64,000 nt of DNA, from the NCBI GenBank assembly GCA_964234715.1, contig OZ174281.1; one strand, given 5' to 3'. How positions within the stretch are numbered: position 1 is the first letter of the stretch; each line of letters opens with the position of its first letter. This stretch comes from Podarcis melisellensis. Taxonomy: Eukaryota. Positions 50,609 through 62,116 of this stretch are shown piece by piece. The notes beneath the pieces were generated by a model. The model did no database searches, had not been told where the DNA came from, and saw only the letters and a program-made list of their open reading frames with translations. Both the position numbers and the translations under genes were made by a program.

Positions 50609-51230
50609 TGTTCATATATGTACCAAGCAAACACATACATAAATATATAAACCACGTCTGAAACCCCACAGAAAAAAGTCCTGAACAAATTGACCTCAAA
50701 TATTTCTCTGCAAGGTCAAAGTGGGAAACCTCCCCATTGGCTCTTTTCTCACAAATCCTGTCTTAAGGGCACATTTAAGATATGAATAGGGTGTGAGCCT
50801 GTGACCTGGCTCAGGAACTAAAGACTGGCCAGGCTCCCCAGGGTATCCAATCAAGTAAGCATTAATAGGTAACCTGCCAGACAGGAGATAAACAACGACA
50901 GGAGATAAACAACTCACTCAGATTTCTGCTGTAGCCTGCCCTTTCTGTGATGTATTTATGATGTTTCTGGGGGTGGTCTTGAACTCCAGGGCGGGCAATT
51001 TAAAATGTCTATATAAGGGCGGACACAGCTGGGTTCTGGGTCCTCCTCCTTTCTTGCGTGTGAGGGGAGCACCCTGTTGCAACAGATCAATAAAGATCAG
51101 GCTTTGCTTCTCAATATTCTCTGGTTGGCCTCTGTTATTTTTTCCAACCGATGGAGAACCTGCAAAGGACTTGGTACAAGGGCTCTTGTGTACCCCATAA
51201 GGGAATAAGGGCAGATTTCCGTTTATTACC
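50609..51230 (+). mobile_element. Probable solo LTR
   Basis: U3-like region with CCAAT, a 17-bp tandem duplication (50880-50913) and GGGCGG, then TATATAA at 51010-51016 and AATAAA at 51089-51094. It begins TG and ends ...ATTACC (degenerate CA), with gttc on both flanks (50605-50608, 51231-51234). Boundaries are tentative. Confidence 0.6.
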
Positions 51231-51759
51231 GTTCAAAGCAATTCACTTCCATTATCTTGCAATGTTTTGTAATAATATTTATTATTATTTTAATTTTTAA
51301 TGTATTGATTGCCCTTCACCCTAAAGTCCCAGGGCAGATTGCCATTTAAAATACACTTTAAAAAACCTTATAATTAAAAAATACACTCACAGCTAGCCCT
51401 CACTACACTTAGTCAACACTAGTCAACATTGCAGGTGGAGTGAGGGAACTGCAATTTGTGGTCCTTGCAGGATTTGGACCTTGGATTTCCTGGCTCATTC
51501 TTAACATTAGTTCCGTCTGCTGTGAAAGATGACATTTCTCTTCTCCTCCTTAATGGGGGGGGGGGGGAGTGGAAATTCTAATCTACTATAGGGAAGGGGG
51601 GGAGAATGTGTACGTCCACCTCAATTAATACGGAGTATAAAATGTGTTCATGTGTGGCTGAAAAACACCGAAGACGTCAGAGAAATCCAGTTCTTGTGAA
51701 AGGAAGTGGGTCATGGGGTAAGGAGGTCAACTATAGGAAATTGACAGCCCTCCTTCACA

Positions 51760-52340
51760 CGCCCCCAGGTTATAAAAATGCACACGCAACGACGCGTGTT
51801 AGCTAGCAGAGAAAAGCTCTGCAACTTGCTCCTTGCCCAGCCTCAGTTCACGAAACTTTCTGTCCTTTGCAATTAATGCACAACTGCAACTTCTCCCCTC
51901 TGCCTCCCTCCCTCCCTCCCTCCCTCTCTCTGCCGGTCTTGCGCGTGGCGTCCGTTCTGAGCTCCTCTCCTAGGAAGCAACGCGGAGGAAGAGGGAGCGG
52001 AGGAGAGAAGCTGCAGCAGTTGGGAAAAGGCGGGTAGTTCAAAACTGAGCGAGGGAAAACCACGGCAGGCGCACGCGGGCAGTGCAGCGGGAGGCGTTTC
52101 TCTTTCTCGCTTAGGGCAACGCTCTGGGGCTGAGGCGAGCTGGAGCGGGGGAAGCCCAGAGCTGCTGCTGCTTTTTCTCCAACAGGCAGAGAGCCGTGCT
52201 CTTTCTGCATAGATCTTGCGCGCAGCCCCTGCCAGTTCTTAGGATGGGTGCGAATTCGTTCCCTTTTAAAAGCCCTCTTTAATCACTCTTTCCAGCCGCC
52301 GCCCCGCACCCATCTCTTGCTCCACATGTGGGAGCAGCGC
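51760..52340 (+). promoter_or_regulatory. CpG island / FBXO43 promoter
   Basis: CpG-rich segment upstream of FBXO43; TATAAAA at 51771-51777; MYB site CAGTTG at 52017-52022 and GGCGGG-tag-TTCAAA (CDE/CHR-like) at 52029-52043. Confidence 0.7.
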
Positions 52341-52648
52341 CCTTTTCACCGTCTCCATTGACTTGTGCGAGGATTTGGGGTGTGTGGAACTGCTGCTGGT
52401 GGTGTTTTGCACTCAAGGTGACTGAACCCCTCAAAGTCCCGTTTCTGTCCCTGTTATTTGCTAAAAGAAATCAGAGTACAGTTAATTAACTCTGATGCTA
52501 ATCCATTTATTTGAACATACTTTGACTCTAACCATACCTATCAGTTTCATGATTAAGATTATATGTTTGGTAGAGTGCTTGGCTTGTTCTGTTTCTTTCC
52601 CCCCATCTTGGACGCCTTTCCTCCATTTCACCGTTCCCTCCTCCCCAG

Positions 52649-52722
52649 GTTAAAAAGGTATTCTGATTTTAACAATAAGGAAACCTTCATGAGAAGCTGT
52701 TCCTGCCTTTCAAATTCACAAG
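52649..52722 (+). other. Candidate FBXO43 5' exon (74 nt)
   Basis: Strong acceptor ttccctcctccccag| and consensus donor CAAG|gtaagt, lying between the CpG island and the large exon. Confidence 0.55.
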
Positions 52723-54492
52723 GTAAGTAGGGCTGTTGTGTGTTTTGAGGGAGATCTCACACAGCCACTCTTCTCCCCTAAATCAGTCCTGAATGATGGA
52801 GTTAATGAAATCCTAGCTGGAAGAGAAAGTGTTCTGTAGAGGCTGTACACAATTATCTGGGAATAACAATGGGAGTTACTTCTGAGTAGACACCTGTAGT
52901 ATTGTACTGTTACTGTGGTATAGGTGATGAAATGAGGATGAAGAAAACACACATTTGCACTAGAAAATCCTGCTTTTCTAATGCTCTTGCTTAAAACAGA
53001 CACATTGACAAATAGTTTTTTATATTCAATATTTTAAAAAGTCACTATAGAGTAAGCTATAATGTTAAGACTTTACATTTGTAGTTTTGTTTTTAGGCAC
53101 AATTATTCTTTTTTGCATTAATTTGCAGGCCACTTAATTAGAGCATACTGTGGATGGTGCCTTAAGAAATTACGATCCCAACCTAGTTGTTTCCAGAAAC
53201 ACACATTATTGCTTTATGTGTCTTCTACTGGCTCTGCATTTATACTAATAACTGTTTCTTTTCTTACTTACTTAAAGCAGAGGATCATAGTTCTAAATTC
53301 TAAACATCTTCCAAGCAAGTGAGGAAGATGACACTGGTATCTTGTGTACAGGTGATAATTTCCTGTTTGCTCCATATAGCTCGTAATTATAACTTGCCTC
53401 CAACGGAGGTTCCATTTTGCAATTTTCCTAAGCAATAAACAGTGTGTATATATCTAAGCCTTTAAAAAATAGTCAGTTTCCACTTTCCAGGTCTCTGTTT
53501 GAAAAGCTCCTCTGTACTTTTAAGTCTACCACTGAATGAGACTAATCATGCATGATTTGCAGCTGATCAGGAGTGCTTACTACCACAGAGGGACAAGACA
53601 CAAGCAAAAAGACAGGGAAATGGGGAGAGAGAAATTAACCTAGTCCTTTGATTCAGTGTTAGATTAAAAGTACAGGGGGAACCTCCGGGTTGTGATTTGA
53701 CAACCCTAAAGCCATCTGTGCAAGTGGCTATAGCAACAACTGTGACAGTTGATTCTCTAGGTAAATGTTTGTATTCTTTGAAGTACTTCCATCTCCCTAG
53801 TAGCAAGTTCAGAACAATCCGTTTTGTTAGATGACCCTTGGTTCTCCTGTGTTGAGAGCGTGAATAACACTTCTTCTAGTTACTTTCTTTATATTGTTCA
53901 TGGTTTTTATAATCCTGTGTCCTGTTCCTTCAGCTGTCTTTAAGCTAAAAACTCAGCTACTTAAGCCTCTTTTTTTTTTTTACAAGACACTAAAAATGTC
54001 AGTTTCTTCTCTGCGTTGTTGTGTTAGTCTTGTGCCTTAAAGAGTGAAACATTTATAATTCACAATACCTTTGTAGAGTCCACTTCATCAAACACATGAA
54101 ATGTTATCCCAAGCACACAGTATACAAACTTAACTGGAGGGTGGAGGTAGTAACTGCATTACAAATGCATTTTAAGACTGCATAGGTCTTAAATTCGAAG
54201 GCAGTGCAGGACTTGGGAGACCTCATTTATACTGTCAGCTGATAAACTATCATGGGATAGGTTGCTGTGTTCTGCACAACCTGTGATTCTCATACAATCA
54301 TGAGAAATTTTGGCCCACCATATACTAAAGTCTAAGAAAGCTATGCCATGTTTTGTAATAGCAAATGTTTTTGTCCCTCAGCATCCTAGGTGATGCCTAT
54401 ACAGTTGTGGAGTATTTATTTAACTTCAGCCTCCTTGTGACTCCATCAGGGTAAGTACAAAATCTTAGTTTGTTGAAGAGTCATTGCAAATA

Positions 54493-54750
54493 CAGTGGTA
54501 CCTCAGGTTACTTACACTTCAGGTTACATACGCTTCAGGTTACATACTCTTCAGGTTACAGACTCTGCTAACCCAGAAATACTACCTCGGGTTAAGAATT
54601 TTGCTTCAGGATGAGAACAGAAATCGTGCTCCGGTGGCGCGGCAGCAGCAGGAAGCCCCATTAGCTAAAGTGGTGCTTTAGGTTAAGAACAGTTTCATGT
54701 TAAGAACGGACCTCCGGAACGAATTAAGTACTTAAACCGAGGTACCACTG
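54493..54750 (+). mobile_element. Tigger-like Tc1/mariner MITE
   Basis: TA-CAGTGGTACCTC ... GAGGTACCACTG-TA; internal CTTCAGGTTACA repeats; same family as 63781-63997. Confidence 0.85.
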
Positions 54751-55924
54751 TACTGGCCAGGATCCAAAGAACTGAGCAGCTAGTTCTATTATACCAAGAG
54801 AACAGGATTTGTTTGTTTTTTGAACAGCTCCTGAAAGGTGCATGGCAAACCACTTGTAAGACTGAGTGGATTTGCAAAAATAATTTGTGATCTTTCATGA
54901 GAGTCAGCGGTTTAAATAAAACGAACAATTCCATTAGACTAGCAAGCCTTAGGGAGAGTGCGGAGTGTTTCAGGCGAGGCAAGGTGAGGTGCCCACTTTG
55001 AGCGGCAGAATACCAATAGACAGCACCCACCTCTCCTCCACTGCCTGTCTCTCTGCCTCCACTGGCAGTGGTGCCGGTATCCAATGAGATCTCTCCGAAA
55101 TCTCACGAGATCTCATGGAAGCCAGCCCTGCTGCTGGTGCTTTGTGGGTGCCGCTGCACAACACAGGTAAGTGTGGTATGGCGAGGCAGCAGCAAGCAGC
55201 AAAACAGAATGCACCGCCCCCGGAGTGGATTGATTTTAAATCACTAAGAACAGAGACCAATTTAAGTTAATGTTTAAAATCATTTTTTCTAACTGACTGC
55301 TATAAAAATCAAGACACATTTGCTTGTGGTTAAGGAGAGCCTTTATACCACATAGGAGCATAATCCGAAATCTCTCTAATGCCCCTCATGCTATTTGCAG
55401 TACAACAATTTACTGCTTATTGATAAGACATATTTTTGTTTTGCTCTGTCTATATATGCAAGGTTACTAAGTCATATCACTCAAATGAAGGCTGTGACTG
55501 CGTTCCTAACTGTACTTAACAGAGGGGGAAGCCCCATTAAATTAAATAGGACTTCTGATTAGATATGGTTAAGATTGCATGGCGGAGGCTTTCGGTTACT
55601 TCAATACGAGCTTTTTGAAAAACTATAACCCTTATTTGTGAATATGTAATGTCATGATATTTTTTAAGGAGGCAACTGAATGGTAAATGATAACTTGAGT
55701 GACCTCTTACTACAAACATAGTGGAGCATTTTTCCTACAACTTTATAATAGGTACATAGGCAATCCTCATTCTATCAGCATTCAACTGTGGTGACTGGCT
55801 TCCTTCTCTGATGAAATAGCTTCCTGTAAGTGTTTTGTTTGGTACCCAGAGATTCCAGGTATGATGTTATTAATTGTAAAATGCTGTTTCCACTTTACAG
55901 ATCATAACCAGTTCCAAGCACAAG

Positions 55925-57408
55925 ATGTCAGAAAGCCACTCAATTCTATCCAGTATTCTTAAAAGAGGCAGACTGACCTCTCCCGGCAACAGTGCAAGAT
56001 ACTTCAGCTTTAAAGATTCTTGCTCCCCTTCCATATTTCATGACAGTGGATACAATGGATCATTAAAAGACCCAAGCTTTGATTATAATGATGCAGAACA
56101 TAAAGGCGAACAGAATGAAACAGGCCTGCCCGAATATTCAAAACATGCACATTCTAGTTTAAGCACTTCATTGTCTCCCATTGACCATGAAAATGTTACC
56201 TTTTTATCTGAAAGAAAGGAACCAATTACACATACAGACTTATATGAAACACCAAAAGTTGTTAAAAAAGACTTGTCACTCCGCAGAAGATTGCTTGTGT
56301 CTAAATCAGCTTCTGTTGGTTCTTTGGGGTGTTCTGAAAAACAAGTATCTTCAGGGAGCCGTCAGAAAAAAACATGTTTAGCTCACTTTCTTAGTCTTGA
56401 TGAAATAATTTCAAAATGTGCCTTGGATTCTCCAAGAGAGAAGAGCTACAAGCCTTTGGCTACTAGTACTTTAAAAAGTGAGGACCCTATTTCTGGTTGT
56501 CAGAAACTCAGGCTTGTTTTCTCTCAGCAGAGGACATCTACAATAGATGATTCAAAATCTAAAGGTGGCTGCTTGTCCGAGCCAGGTTGTTTATCTCCAA
56601 TCCAGCCTAAATCATCTACAAATACACCTAATATTTTTATTGACAATGTTCTTAATAGTTTTAATGATCAAAGCACTTGTCCAGAATTGATTGAAACTCC
56701 TAACTGTACATTGTCCGAGACAAATGATGATAGATTTATCACACCCATCAATAGTCTTGTAGAAGGATTTAGTCTTAATATATCTGAAATAAATACCCCT
56801 CCAGTTAAAGAAATAAGTGACTTGAGCCTATCAACCCCTGGTAGCAGCAGCTATAATTCACTTAGTTTAGATAAATCGGAGGAGTCCTTGTCAGAACATG
56901 AGGGATCTTTCCAAGAACTACTTCAAAAACGTACAGAATCATCTCTAAACTCTAAAAGAAAGGTAAGAAAGCTACAACGCTCAAGAAGATTATCCACACT
57001 TTCAGAATGTGGTTCCCAATCAGAAAAAGAGGAGGACTGTGATACCACTGTTGCTCATTCAAAATGCATACTAAAGATAGCTGGCTCTATCACCGAAAGC
57101 AATGAATTGGTTTTTCATGAGGATGACAAATGCATGGCTCCAGATTTTGGCAGTCTGTCAAGAACCCCTGCTTTGCAGATAGTGCGTGCGCTATTTATGC
57201 AAAACAGAAGTAAAAGAACAAAACAAGATGACCTGCTGAAGAAAATTGATGGAGCTGACATATCTGCGCTGAAGTGTATTGTGGCTCAACTCATTGGCAG
57301 GAAAATGGGCATTGAGAAACTAGATATATTAACAGAATTAAGAATCAGAGACTTAAGACATGTTCTTACTTTGATTTTAGATATCCTGACTGTGGAAAGC
57401 CTATGCAG
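55925..57408 (+). CDS. FBXO43: FBXO43 large coding exon
   Basis: 495-aa ORF ending at donor TGC AG|gtaaaa. Confidence 0.95.
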
Positions 57409-60400
57409 GTAAAAGAAACAACTTTGGGACTTTCACTGGGTGCCCCCTAATGACATTGTACAAGTGTAACATAATTGAAATTCTGTATACTAGTAGTGAA
57501 TTCAGTTATCTGAGTGCTTATGCTTATGTAGCCAAAATGGCACCATCTACACCCATGGGAGGCACCATGAGGCTTGTGGGAGCATCATAATTTGCAGAAG
57601 AACAAAAATTATGTGGATAAAAATCTAAGCAAAACCCAGAGCAGGCCACAGAAGACTGAACATCCTTAGTGGGCACAGGTGTTAGCTGCCTGGGGTGTGG
57701 GATAAAAAACGGGGAAGAAGGAAAAATGGAAGGGAGTGGCTATAAACCTGAAGCACTCCATGTTTTGTTGCAGTTACAACTTCACTCCAGTTTTCCCATT
57801 TGGATACCCTGTTTTTGTATTATGATAAGCTTTTACAAAATGACAAATCTTTTGGATTCCTCCATTAATTAAGGTTTGGGAATTTGGCATATAACTATTA
57901 AGCATAGCAAGGTTGAAACATAAATAATATTTAAAAATGCTATGTATTAACGGTAAACATTAGCAAATAAAATAATATTGTTGTCTGTCCCTCTGTGACA
58001 AGAGGGTATGATGATTAAAAGTGTCCAAAATATATGTAAATACCCCTATACTTTGATGTATATCAGCTTCAGAGCACTTGTCCCTTTGATCCTGTGCTGC
58101 AGCTATCATTGAAGCTGATTTATTGATTCTTGGTGAAGACATTAAAGCAGATTAGGTTCCTTGAGGACAAACCAGCTCCATTCTAAATTCTAGCAAAATG
58201 TTTGAATTGTGGCTGATAGCGATTCTTTATTTTAGTATGTGGAAGGTAAGCAAGAACTGGCGAGAAATTGTTATACAAGATAGACATGCGAATCGGAGGA
58301 GAAAGTTGTACATAAAACAGCTGGCAGTTGAAGCTAAGGTAATATACCACTGCACGGGCATTATTGAGGGTGTTTGGTGAGACAGTATGGGTTGAAGAGG
58401 AGGAAAAGCAGAAATAAAACTCCGTATCTAATAGACATTTCATCAGATGAAATTTGTTGTACTGCTTACCTGTGCTACTTATTAAAAGATTTAGGGTGAT
58501 AACCAACAAATTCATACTGAGAATAGAAATGAGCCTATAAACTAGATTCATAGTTTATTGATTTCAGTGGGCCTATTTAGTATGACTTAGTTGGATATAA
58601 CACACTGTCTTTAGTGTCTAGCCACACATTTAGCACATTTATTTTTAAATAGTTCTCTCAAGACCTCTTAGAGGTTTGTTGGGGGGTTGTTTTTATTTTT
58701 TTAAATGCTTCTGGCAGATCAGTTTTGGATTAAACCTGGTCCTTTTCGTGGTCGTCTCCCTTTGACCCATACTCCAAATCATCTTTATTTCCTTTCTGTG
58801 CCAAACTATTTTTTCAAGCTGTATTGTAACAAAGGTGGCACACCAAACGCCAATTTCTGCCAAGCAGTGCACAAAATTCAGGGGGGGGGGGTTCCACCCC
58901 CTCACCCAGAGTTGTGCTTCCATTGAGAGTCAAGACGTGGTGTAGACTAGTGAATTTATTCACACATATACAACCCGAGTGTAGCTGGAGGGAGCTACAG
59001 ATCTTACAGCATTGTCCTCTCAAGAGTGTCTCTCCCTGCTTCTCTCATGGCTTCAGGCAGCTTGAGTCTAGAGCAGCCGGCCGTGCTCCCCAGTCTCTGT
59101 GTTGCCACTTCTCCAGCCAGCACCCAAGATGGTTCTGACCACATGGCATCCCCCCTTCTTCCCAGTATGGGCTTCTGCTACAAGCCATGGTTGGCATTAA
59201 GTAGTAAACAGCACATTCAGTTTGTTCTTTGAGGAAGTAATTTGTGGTGTTTGGTTATTTTACCAGAGACACCTGCCAGATACTGAAGATGCTGCCACTA
59301 GACTTCTGATGACCAGATTTGCACTACGATCAGTCCAGGCTCAAGCAAAACCTGCTGTATTACAAATGCAGCCCTCTTGTGACGAGTCTTTGACACCTCG
59401 TGGACGCAGCCCTGTTCTTCAGTCAGTTAGCAAAGAAGAAGTGTGTGTAAAGGTAGGAAACATTCCTTTAGTAGTGAATGTTGCCAGATACAAGTTAAAC
59501 AAAGGCTGCCACAAGAAGTATGAGGGGAAAGTGACGGGGCTATCTAAATAGACAGTTCTGCTAGTGCAAGGACTTTTAGCTGGACCTTCCTCACTCTGTC
59601 CTTTCCTATGTGACCCCCTAAGTTGGCCCCAGAGGGCTGAGGAAAACCCCATAACAGATTCAGGAGTTGCACAGGGAGAGAGGAGATGATGGGGAAGTTC
59701 CATTTTGCAGCTAAAAGTCCTTGCAGTAGGGCATGGGTAGGCAATCTAAGGCCCGGGGGCCAGATCCGGCCCAATCGCCTTCTCAATCCGACCTGCGCAC
59801 AGTCCAGGAATCAGTGTGTTTTTACATGAGTAGAATGTGTCCTTTTATTTAAAATGCATCTCTGGGTTATTTGTGGGGCATAGGAATTCGTTCATATTTT
59901 CCCCCAAAATATAGTCTGGCCCCCCACAAGGTCCGAGGGACTGTGGAGCGGCCCCCTGCTGAAAAAGTTTGCTGACCCCTGCAGTAGAGGAACTGTTTAG
60001 TTGGATACTGCCCGTAGGCCCATATTAGTAACATTTACCATTTGTCTCTTTTGCTGTATCTTGTCATCTGGGATAAAATTTTATTGACTCTTCTATCTTG
60101 ATATATTTCTATAGTGAAAATTAATTTACTCATTGCATTGCAATTCTCTAGAAATTAAAGAAACAGGATGGGGTAGTTAGCAGCCTTATAAAAATGAATG
60201 CATGACCAAATCTTAAATATCTCTTCCCCTGATGTAGGTTGCCCGATCCCTCTTCAGTGACGAAGCTTTAAAACCTTGTCCAAGATGTCGGTGTCCTGCA
60301 AAATACCAAGCCTTTCAAAAAAGAGGACTCTGTAGCCGGGAAGACTGTGCGTTTGACTTCTGCACTTTATGTCTTTATGCCTTCCACGGATCAAGAGACT

Positions 60401-60486
60401 GTAGCAGTCCATCTGCTAAACGACAAAACAGAAAAGATGCTCTGCCAGGAAGTGCAAAAAGCAAGAAAAACTTAAAACGCCTCTAA
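55925..60486 (+). CDS. FBXO43: F-box only protein 43 (Emi2/Erp1, meiotic APC/C inhibitor), 673 aa
   Basis: Exons 55925-57408 (acceptor at 55901), 58236-58338, 59267-59452 and 60238-60486 total 2022 nt in frame. Motifs: DSGYNGS degron, RTST CaMKII/Plk1 site, [17 protein letters not shown] cluster, F-box, D-box RFAL, ZBR CPRC...C...C.FDFC..C...H....C, and the C-terminal NLKRL tail. Confidence 0.96.
58236..58338 (+). CDS. FBXO43: FBXO43 coding exon (end of F-box)
   Basis: ttttag|T ATG TGG AAG ... GCT AAG|gtaata; [29 protein letters not shown]. Confidence 0.93.
59267..59452 (+). CDS. FBXO43: FBXO43 coding exon (D-box)
   Basis: taccag|AGA CAC ... GTA AAG|gtagga; [21 protein letters not shown]. 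Confidence 0.92.
59536..60013. mobile_element. Palindromic MITE interrupted by a hAT element
   Basis: Arms cagttctgctagtgcaaggacttttagctg and cagctaaaagtccttgcagtag[insertion]aggaactg. Confidence 0.6.
59732..59981. mobile_element. hAT non-autonomous element
   Basis: TIRs CATGGGTAGGCAA and TTGCTGACCCCTG; TSD cagtaggg/cagtagag. Confidence 0.8.
60238..60486 (+). CDS. FBXO43: FBXO43 last coding exon (ZBR and RL tail)
   Basis: atgtag|GTT GCC CGA; [17 protein letters not shown]...[14 protein letters not shown]. Confidence 0.95.
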   Translation, partial: VARSLFSDEALKPCPRCRCPAKYQAFQKRGLCSREDCAFDFCTLCLYAFHGSRDCSSPSAKRQNRKDALPGSAKSKKNLKRL

Positions 60487-60738
60487 ATATCTTCAAATGA
60501 ATGGAACGTATTTCCCCTCCCCCTCAATTCTCTATTTTGTATAGGTAGCACTTTTAAATAATTATGCATTTTGAAAGTATTACATATTGTAATTTTGACC
60601 ATTAATCAAGTTGATAATTTAATTCTCTGTGTAAATATCCTAAACTTGACTTTTGATACATTTCAGAAAAAAGTGAAAACATTTTAAACTCTTTGTCTTG
60701 GTGTTTGTCACTTTGCCAGACACATTCAATGAGATTTC

Positions 60739-60744
60739 AATAAA
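60739..60744 (+). terminator. Probable FBXO43 polyadenylation signal
   Basis: AATAAA about 250 nt after the stop, in an AT-rich UTR. Confidence 0.65.
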
Positions 60745-61517
60745 GTACTTTCAGTGTAGTTTTTACTACATCTTACACCCGTGTTCTAAGATTTTAAATA
60801 CAGTTCTTGTCATAATGGTAAATTAAAAATAATTAAATATTTGTTACATTTTAAGGAGTATTTTATGATAAATGTGAGAAGCTATTGCCATAATAGTACA
60901 TTAAAACATACTGCATATATCAAGCCAAAATTATTTTATTTAATATCAAGCATCACTATTATTATTTTTGAAGTCTTATACAGAGATCAAAAGATAAGAC
61001 TCCCTGCTTGCCCAAGTTAACAATCTAATAGACACACTGCAAAATGAAAAAGCTAAGGAAGAGAAAACCAAGTAAATTTAGGTAACAGTTCTTGCAAGTT
61101 AATAAAATTTGTTACTCCTTAAATTGATAATCTCAGCAGTATCATCTGAGCTGGACAGAGGTGCGACACTCCCTGCTTCTAAGTATGCAGAAACATGCAG
61201 GTAGCCCATAGCCTTATGCTTGATGGCTATTGCTAGAGCATCATTCCACCCCTTTCCACAGTTCCAAGGCAACTGGCAGTTGCAGCTGAATAATAAAATC
61301 ACAAGAGATCAAACATAAGGCAACTGGAAGATATACAAATACATCAAAATAATCGGTTTGGAATAAACAAATATAATTTCTTCATTCACTACTGCTTTCA
61401 TCCCAAGCTGTGTTTATAATACATCCCCCTCCTAACAAGGAACAGAAATTGATTGATTGTATGCATTTCCTCCTAATCAACTGTGCTGCAAGTGCAAGTG
61501 AAGCTATAACAAGTGAT

Positions 61518-62116
61518 AATAGAATCATAGAATTGTAGAGTTAGAAGGTATCTCAAGGATCATCTAGTCCAGTGTTTCCCAACCTTGGGTCTCCAGCTCT
61601 TTTCAGACTACAATTCCCATCATCCCTGACCACTGGTCTAGCTAGCTAGGGATGATGGGAGTTGTAGTCCGAAAGCAGCTGAAGACCCAACATTGGGAAA
61701 CACTGATCTAGTCCAATCCCCTGCAATGCAGGAAACACCATCCAACCTCCGCTTAAAAACCTTTAAGGAAGGCAAGTCCATCACCTTTGGAGGGAGTCCA
61801 TTCCACTGTTGAACAACTCTGTCAGAAAGCTCTTCCTAATAAGTTTAGTTGGAGTATCCTTTCTTGTAGTTTGAATCCATTGGTTCAGGTCCTACCATTT
61901 GAAGCAGGCAAAAACAAGCTTGTTCCATCTTCCATGTGACAGCCCTTGAAATATTTGAAGATGGCTATCATATCTCCTTTCAGTTTCCTCTTGACAACTC
62001 CTTCAACCATTCTTCATAAGGTTTCTAGTCCCTTGATCTTCTTGATTGCCTTCCTCTGCACGTGTTCCAGCTTGTCAGCATCTTCCTTAAATTGTGGTGC
62101 CCAGAATTGGACACAG
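61518..62116 (-). mobile_element. CR1 LINE 3' fragment
   Basis: Tail repeat (ATTCTATG) read as atagaatcatagaat on the plus strand; ORF2 C-terminal sequence [17 protein letters not shown] on the minus strand. Confidence 0.8.
61570..61705. mobile_element. hAT MITE nested in CR1
   Basis: TIRs CAGTGTTTCCCAA and TTGGGAAACACTG; perfect 8-bp TSD atctagtc. Confidence 0.9.

Noticed and set aside
54484-54681. Near-identical short ORFs at 54484-54681 (+) and 63796-63987 (-) suggesting a duplicated small gene
   Set aside because: Both are translations of the same non-coding MITE family.
58243-58251. Consensus donor AAG|gtaagc inside an FBXO43 exon
   Set aside because: It lies only 10 nt after the acceptor and is explained by the conserved W-K-V-S codons; there is no evidence it is used.
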